Below the pieces are notes generated by a model. That model had not been told where the DNA came from. It made no database searches and saw only the letters and a list, made by a program, of their open reading frames with translations. 64,000 nucleotides of DNA, from contig CM022670.1 of assembly GCA_012295275.1 (NCBI GenBank), positions 32,240,001 through 32,304,000 on the forward strand, given 5' to 3'. This DNA is from Chrysomallon squamiferum (lineage: Eukaryota > Animalia > Mollusca). Position 1 is the stretch's first letter. Each line of letters opens with the position of its first letter. This document shows, in pieces, positions 57,888 through 64,000 of this stretch. The position numbers were made by a program, and so were the translations under genes.

Positions 57888-58150
57888 CTAGACAAGTTCC
57901 ACTACTCAACCAAAATTTCACACCAAGATCATCAAGAATTTCTTTGGCATTTTTTAACAATTGTCGAGACTTTCTAGTAAACAGCTGAGCTTTTCCTGAG
58001 TTATCACTGCCATATTTGCTGACAAATAAAGCAGCTCTTGTATGGTTGCATTCAATAAAAGTAGAACCAGGAATCATATCCAGGAACTCTTTCACTGTAT
58101 GAGGCAAAAATACCCATATTCCATCAATGCGTGCTTGAGTCAGTGAAAAT
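57888..58150 (-). CDS. FKTN: Fukutin, coding exon 5
   Basis: IDGIWVFLP...STFIECN...LDDLGVKFWLSSGTCLG, the hallmark of the fukutin/LicD nucleotidyltransferase fold. Confidence 0.95.
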
Positions 58151-58303
58151 CTGAAGTGAACAAGTATTTTCGTAAATAGCAGGCCTATAACAGTAAAATC
58201 CTTTTTATATATTTTTAACATTCATTTCTAAATACTTTTGTTTTCCTATCAAATCCAATGCCAAGTCATATTTCAAAATTCATTTTGTTTTCAAACCTGT
58301 TAA

Positions 58304-61139
58304 GGGTCATTCCGTGTCAAATCACCCAATGGTTTAAACCCGACCGTCTCAGATTTTTATGAAACTTGGTATACTTGTTGACTGGGATCCCACAGCACCA
58401 AATCTGACATTTTAGCTCAATCAGACCAGTGGTGTGGGAGATACGGCCCACGGAATTTTGAGATTTTTGCCAAAAATGGGTGTGACCACCATCCTTAGAA
58501 CACTCATATCTCAGGAACTACTGGGCCAATCTTCACAAAATAGGTATTGTTAGAAAGGCAAAATGACAAGGATACCAAATCTGCCAATTTTGTTTAGTTT
58601 GGAAAATACTGGAGTACCTTGACCTTTTGACCTTTGCTATGACCTTGAAATTGACCGTGTGGATCACGTGATCTTGAGATGACCTTTATTGAAATTTAAT
58701 CTCCCACATGTTAACTAAAACATATAAAAGTTTCCTGGGTGTAATGTTTTTTGTTTAGCCACAATATAGATTTAAAAAATGCACATACCTGAAAATAACA
58801 CCTTTTCAGCCATTAACATCTGATTGACTAAAACCTGAATGATCAATTCTGGATGCTAGGAATCACCATCTCTCTTGATCATCGAGTAAGACATTGTAGG
58901 CCTACATGTATGCATAAAGTTCACATATAAAAGTTTCCTGGGTATAATATTTTTTGTTTAGCCTTAATAGAGATTTAAAAAAATGCATACCTGCATGGAT
59001 GATTGATACAATGCATTACAATGTACATTTTCTCTGAGACTAAAAACTCATCTTTGGAGTTAAAACCCACCTGACATGTCTGAAGGAATGCCTGAAGGAT
59101 ATGAAAAGATGCCAAATGGCATGACATGTTCTACACAATCAGGCTCAAAGGGTTAACAGGAAGTAATGCTTCAGGCAGGTCAGGAACTCCTTTAGATTCC
59201 CTGGTGCAATCCCCATTGAGCACATGGCAATTTGAAGTTTAAGACAAAGAAGTTTCTTCATCTGCATTTCTTTGACAATCTGAAGCTTTTTAAGTTGGAC
59301 ACAATGTCAGATGTTGATATATAAACAATATTTTTATTTCATAAAACCTATTAAGTAATTTTATCATGTCATGTGGGCCTTGCCATTGGTTTTGAACAAG
59401 GCTTCAGTCAACAACAGTACAACCCAGTCTGAAATCAGACGTCATCAAGTGATGTACTGCATAATGTATTTGTACACCCAGTCTTCGGCACAGAGCATGA
59501 ACAAGGTCTACTTCACCTTAATAAACTGTGATCTATACTTGAGAAGATTGACATAAATGCCCAAAACTTGTGGGCCTTTGGCAATAACACATGTACTCTG
59601 CTGCCATTTTATGACCTGCTTAACTTTACTGAAAGGGTTTCAGGATTTGATTTAATATTTAGGAAAGCACTGACTTTGAATTGAAGGTGCAGGCCAATAC
59701 TGAAAATCCTTATTTCTTCCAGGGCTAACTGCAGCTTTAACTCTCCTGAAAATGTGTGTTATCAACACCATCATATCAAAAAGGAGTTGTTGCAAAGTGT
59801 ATGGAAAACTGAGGAAATCGAACTCCTCACTCTTTGAAGTGGGATCAAAACACGGGACATCAAGAGTATCATGAACAAGAACATTTCATCAAATTTTCAA
59901 CATCGCAGAAAAACTGTTGTGATCCCCTTAATCGCCACCCAGAGCAAGCACGCACTAGATCTTTAAGAATTGTTAGCATGGGCACTTACAAATGCTTAGT
60001 AAATCCTCCAAAGACACTAGTGCCAGGAGACAAGTTGTGCTGTGACTGTCTGATTACCCTTCAGAAATCAAAGGTCCTGCAGAGGATGGCTTTAGTATGG
60101 GTGGTACTACAATGGGAGAATTTGGTGATAACTTGCCAGACAAACCGCTGGTTGTTGTTTCCCCAGAAAAGGACTTTGATTTGAATTCTATTCTGTTCTA
60201 AACGCCTGTCAAACTCCATTCACTAGCACATTCCAGTAAATGAATGAAAGGACAGAAAAAAACTAGCATCAGCTACAGTAACATTAAAATGACATCTTAA
60301 TGTCTGAATCCTACCCAGAGCGTGTGCAAATCTTGATTTTGTCACCCTTTACCATTGAAAGGACAATGAATTGAAGGAAGAAATAATCCATGTTTATGAA
60401 AGTGATGAGAACAGTAGAATGTGTCTGGGAATGAAAGATACAGTGAGCATTTGAAACAAACATAGTGAGAAGGTTAAGCATCAGAAACACCTAGTTCTCT
60501 CAAATTTATGTGAACTTTATGCATACATGTAGGCCTACAATGTCTTACTGGATGATCAAGAAAGATGGTGATCCCTAGCATCCAGAATTGATCATTCAGG
60601 TTTTAGTTAATCAGATGTTAATGGCTGTAAACGTGTTATTTTCAGGTTTGTGCATTTTTTAAATCTATATTGTGGCTAAACAAAAAATATTACACCCAGG
60701 AAACTTTTATATGTTTTAGTTAACATGTGGGAGATTAAATTTCAATAAAGGTCATCTCAAGATCACGTGATCCACACGGTCAATTTCAAGGTCATAGCAA
60801 AGGTCAAAAGGTCAAGGTACTCCAATATTTTCCAAACTAAACAAAATTGGCAGATTTGGTATCCTTGTCATTTTGCCTTTCTGACAATACCAATTTTATG
60901 AAGATTGGCCCAGTAGTTCCTGAGATATGAGGGTTCTAAGGTTGGTGGTCACACCCATTTTTGGCAAAAATCTCAAAATTCCGTGGGCCGTATTTCCCAC
61001 ACCACTGGTCTGATTGGGCTAACATTTCAGATTTGGTGCTGTGGGATCCCAGTCAACAAGTATACCAAGTTTTATAAAAATCTGAGACGGTCAGGTTTAA
61101 ATTTCTTTTTTTTTTGGGTGATTTGACACGGAATGACCC
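58304..61139 (+). mobile_element. Internally deleted Sola2-like DNA transposon with ~620 bp TIRs, in the FKTN intron between coding exons 4 and 5
   Basis: Termini GGGTCATTCCGTGTCAAATCACCC and its reverse complement, flanked by TTAA on both sides (58300-58303, 61140-61143). Arms are ~58304-58927 and ~60507-61139. Internal transposase fragments are present. GRG termini, a 4-bp TSD and long TIRs fit Sola2; the family was assigned from memory of motifs. Confidence 0.85.
59834..60526 (+). pseudogene. Degenerate N-terminal part of a Sola2-type transposase
   Basis: Fragments YHEQEHFIKFSTSQKNCCDPLNRH...RSLRIVS...LVPGDKLCCDC (zinc-finger-like), RVQILILSPFTIERTMN and VYESDENSRMCLGMKDTVSI*NKHSEKVKHQKHLVLSNLCELY, with stops and frameshifts. 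The catalytic region is absent. Confidence 0.7.
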
Positions 61140-61312
61140 TTAAAAAGGTTAAACTTGCAAGAGAGACCTAAATTAAATTACAAGGTATAAATTATGTCGA
61201 GACATCAGAAAAAGAGAACAAAATATTGAAGTTAAATCAGGATTATATGATCACAAAACATAAGAAATATCTATAAATCTAGGGAATGGAGAAAAAAACC
61301 TAAAAGATATAC

Positions 61313-61587
61313 CTTTCATAAGAGCCTGCAGTGTGTGCAAATGTAACTTTAGACTCTATAACTTGAAGGTTTTTGTCCAGAATCACAGCACTGTGCCAGA
61401 AACTGTCCTTCCGTTCATAGAACAACACAAGATGAATCAGTGGCTGGGTTTTACTTCCTTCATGAATAAAATAATGAGTCTGAATACTATCTTTTGAGTC
61501 ATGGTTCACTGATATTTTTCTTGGATCTCTTTCAGTGATTTCATGTACAGTCAGTCCACCTTTTTTTAAAGCTTTGATTAAATCACC
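61313..61587 (-). CDS. FKTN: Fukutin, coding exon 4
   Basis: ERDPRK...IQTHYFI...IHLVLFYERKDSFWHS...HTAGSYER, matching the fukutin N-terminal domain motifs DPR and IHLVVFHER. Phase-2 end. Confidence 0.92.
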
Positions 61588-61966
61588 CTGCAAGAGAATG
61601 GCTAGTGTTAAAATAAACAACTGTTCTTATATGACATTAGTTAAAGAACATTAGTAATAATTCTGTCAATGTGAAACCTGTGCTGCATGTTTTATGATTT
61701 TCATATTACTGCCATATTTCTTTATCTACATTTAAAAAGCTGATTCCTTAATGGTGTCTTAATTTTTTTTTTCTTTCACTATTTTCAATTATCCAGTCCT
61801 CTCTCTGAACAAAAAGTAAGCAATAGTTCTTGTTCCATAAAACAAAATTAATGATATGGATATAACAAATTAAATCTTGCTATGCACAAATTTAAAGAGG
61901 CTACTAAAAAAATAAATAATACAAAATCATTTTAATATGGTAAGTAATTGGAAGCAAATTACTGAC

Positions 61967-62152
61967 CTTATCTTTCCAATCTTTTTCTAAAACACCGAAG
62001 GTCAAAATGTGTTTTGCCTTACACAAATAAACACAGGTATTGTACTGTGTGGTTTCATTTATTGAAATCCAAGCCCTCAGTATTACAGGTTCCACCAAAA
62101 ATACTGGAACAATGCGAGCTGTGCATTCTGTCATGAACTTATATGCCAAAGT
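61967..62152 (-). CDS. FKTN: Fukutin, coding exon 3
   Basis: TLAYKFMTECTARIVPVFLVEPVIL...CVYLCKAKHILTFGV, matching the fukutin VPVFLIDP and C..FC..TF motifs. TACAG acceptor, GTCAGT donor. Confidence 0.9.
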
Positions 62153-62568
62153 CTGTAAAATAGATTTTAAAAAAAATCAGACCTTTCCAATTATACGAAT
62201 ACATCTCTAATTTTCAAAACCAGTAAAAAGCATTGGTATTTTTATTTTTGAATGTGTAATGATAATTATTAAATTTGGTCTGGCAAAGAATACCGAGATA
62301 ATGTTATTATACCATCGATCTGCCAGTTAATAATTTAAATAATAATTTAGTAATAAACATAAAATATTAATCACATCTCATTTTCACTTATTCATAATCT
62401 GATATAGTAAGACATTTGGCAGAACATTTTTTTTTGCATCTTTAACAAAGTTTATTATAAAATTTAAAAAAAAAAAAAAAATAAAAAATATATCCTATAA
62501 GAAAGAAACAATTTAGATTTAAAAATAAACTGATTAATTTTATTAATTTTTTCTTCCTTAATACTTAC

Positions 62569-62619
62569 ATACAGTTTGAGGTCATTTTCTTTCTCAACAT
62601 TTTTGTGTTGCTCAGATGG
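62569..62619 (-). CDS. FKTN: Fukutin, small stem-region exon 2 (PSEQHKNVEKENDLKLY)
   Basis: 51-nt phase 0/0 exon with a T-rich AAG acceptor and a consensus GTAAGT donor. Little sequence homology is visible, and the frame is kept with or without it. Confidence 0.65.
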
Positions 62620-62946
62620 CTTAAATAAAAAGAAATAAAAGAATTTTTGTAGACCTATCACTAAATTTAATATAAACAAATGTCATAAAGATAAACAATT
62701 TTTGTTTTCAAATAAATTTTAAATAAATAAATAAAATTAAAAAAAAAAAAAAAAACAATACAAACAGCCAAACTGACACAGAGGAATAATGATCTTTTCG
62801 TGCTTCAAGTCGCAACACTAAGCTACAATCTGCACCAGATTCAAGAGGTACATAAAATACATAATACAACTGGTCCATAATATCAATTTTCCATATTATA
62901 ATTCTTCAGCTTTTTTGTAAATTATATATTTTATAGATAAGCCTAC

Positions 62947-63039
62947 CTCTTTAAAAATTAAATGGTTGAGGATCAGCTGCAGAAGCAGAAAGCCAATTCC
63001 AGTAAAAGCCAAAGCCTTGATTACATTTAAAATTCGCAT
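62947..63039 (-). CDS. FKTN: Fukutin (ribitol-5-phosphate transferase), coding exon 1, type II membrane anchor
   Basis: MRILNVIKALAFTGIGFLLLQLILNHLIFKE resembles the fukutin N-terminal anchor (MSRINKNVVLALL...FLLFQL). Exon starts at 63080 after TTTCAG, donor GAG|GTAGGC. Confidence 0.85.
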
Positions 63040-63619
63040 CACATAGCTTCAAGACACTGCTAGCATATCCAAACCTCCCTCTGAAATAATAAATTACATT
63101 TACATTTTTATAAGTAAATGAATTACAGGATAAAACTTCTAATAGCGGGAGCTGACAGCTGTAAACAAAAAGAAAATTATTATAATTACAATAAAATATA
63201 ATAATACTGCTTGGCTAAAACGCTGTGGGTTACGGTATGAATCTTCTTTAGTATACACATTCATTAATTTGAATAATTTTGTTGTTGTTGTTGTTTTGTT
63301 TTTATACAACTGATAGTTAGTTAATAATTACTTGGTGAGTTTTGTACTTGGTCACTGAAAGAAGCATACATCATATAGGTGTTAACACAATAGGTTTCAA
63401 AATTTCAAGCTATTAATATAGAATGTTAAACATTGCTATTTATATTCTGAATAAATAGATTTATTATTAAAAAAAATATATATATTTTTTATTTTTGCAC
63501 CAATCAATATGGTTTTCCCTTATTAAAAAAAAATGTTAATGCCTCATGTCATGTAATGAATAGAACCCAAACCATTAAAAACAATGCAACTGCAAATAGA
63601 CTGGATTGTGGGATACCAT

Positions 63620-63700
63620 TAATACTAATATTAGTAATACATCAATAATAATACTAATAATATTAGTAATACATCAATAATAATACTAATAATATTAAAT
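63620..63700. repeat. AT-rich ~35 bp tandem duplication
   Basis: TAATATTAGTAATACATCAATAATAATACTAA occurs twice in tandem. Confidence 0.8.
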
Positions 63701-63839
63701 ATTAATAATTAATAGCATTAAATGTGCACAATATTATGAATATAATTTAGTTTTATTATGTTGTCTATTTAATTTACTTTCGTTTAGTTTCACAATTGTT
63801 ATTACTTTTTCTGTTCTTAAAAAATTGTTTAATATAATC

Positions 63840-63945
63840 AAGGAAGTGGCTAACGTCTGGAAACAACTTTATCAGTTTGGTGTTGATAAAAACACTAAAT
63901 ATCCTTTATATGCTGGAGGCAGCCATATTGTAGCCAAGCACCAAA
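63840..63945 (-). promoter_or_regulatory. Candidate FKTN TSS region
   Basis: YY1-like AATATGGCTGCC on the minus strand (~63918-63929) and ETS-like GGAAGT (63842) upstream of the 63080 acceptor. Motif inference only. Confidence 0.3.
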
Positions 63946-64000
63946 TTTATCATTTCATGAATAATTTGTTAAGACAACATACTTATATTTTACAATATTA

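Noticed and set aside
58300-61143. piggyBac or Kolobok assignment because of the TTAA flanks
   Set aside because: Termini are GGG...CCC rather than piggyBac CCC...GGG. The very long TIRs and peptide fragments fit Sola2 better than either family.
1-64000. CRISPR arrays, tRNA/rRNA genes, operon-like prokaryotic systems, and the remaining 60-120 aa ORFs
   Set aside because: None seen. The sequence is spliceosomal-intron eukaryotic DNA, and the leftover ORFs are low-complexity chance frames.

Overview
AT-rich, intron-rich animal genomic DNA, not prokaryotic. It looks like an invertebrate, plausibly a mollusc or other lophotrochozoan (inference only). Three protein-coding genes can be assembled by hand with consistent splice phases. 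(1) The 5' end of a laminin alpha-1/2-type gene on the minus strand: a signal-peptide exon at 37740-37818, a ~32 kb first intron, and an LN-domain exon at 5359-5651; the gene continues off the left edge. (2) A complete 8-coding-exon FBXW9-like F-box/WD40 gene on the plus strand (48508-54225, 412 aa). (3) A complete 8-coding-exon fukutin (FKTN) gene on the minus strand (56323-63039, 447 aa), convergent with FBXW9. Three DNA-transposon insertions have readable TIRs and TSDs: a 2.8 kb internally deleted Sola2-like element with ~620 bp TIRs in an FKTN intron, a CpG-rich 1.2 kb TAG-terminated element with a 7-bp TSD in laminin intron 1, and a 0.6 kb CAGGG-terminated element with a 6-bp TSD in an FBXW9 intron. 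CpG is depleted in the gene bodies but retained in the ~10 kb laminin/FBXW9 intergenic region. The most intriguing observations are that a dystroglycan ligand (laminin alpha) and a dystroglycan-glycosylating enzyme (fukutin) are neighbours, and that both carry an in-frame uORF ending 9 nt before the start codon. Both could be coincidence. I cannot support a claim of a wholly new biological system from the sequence alone.
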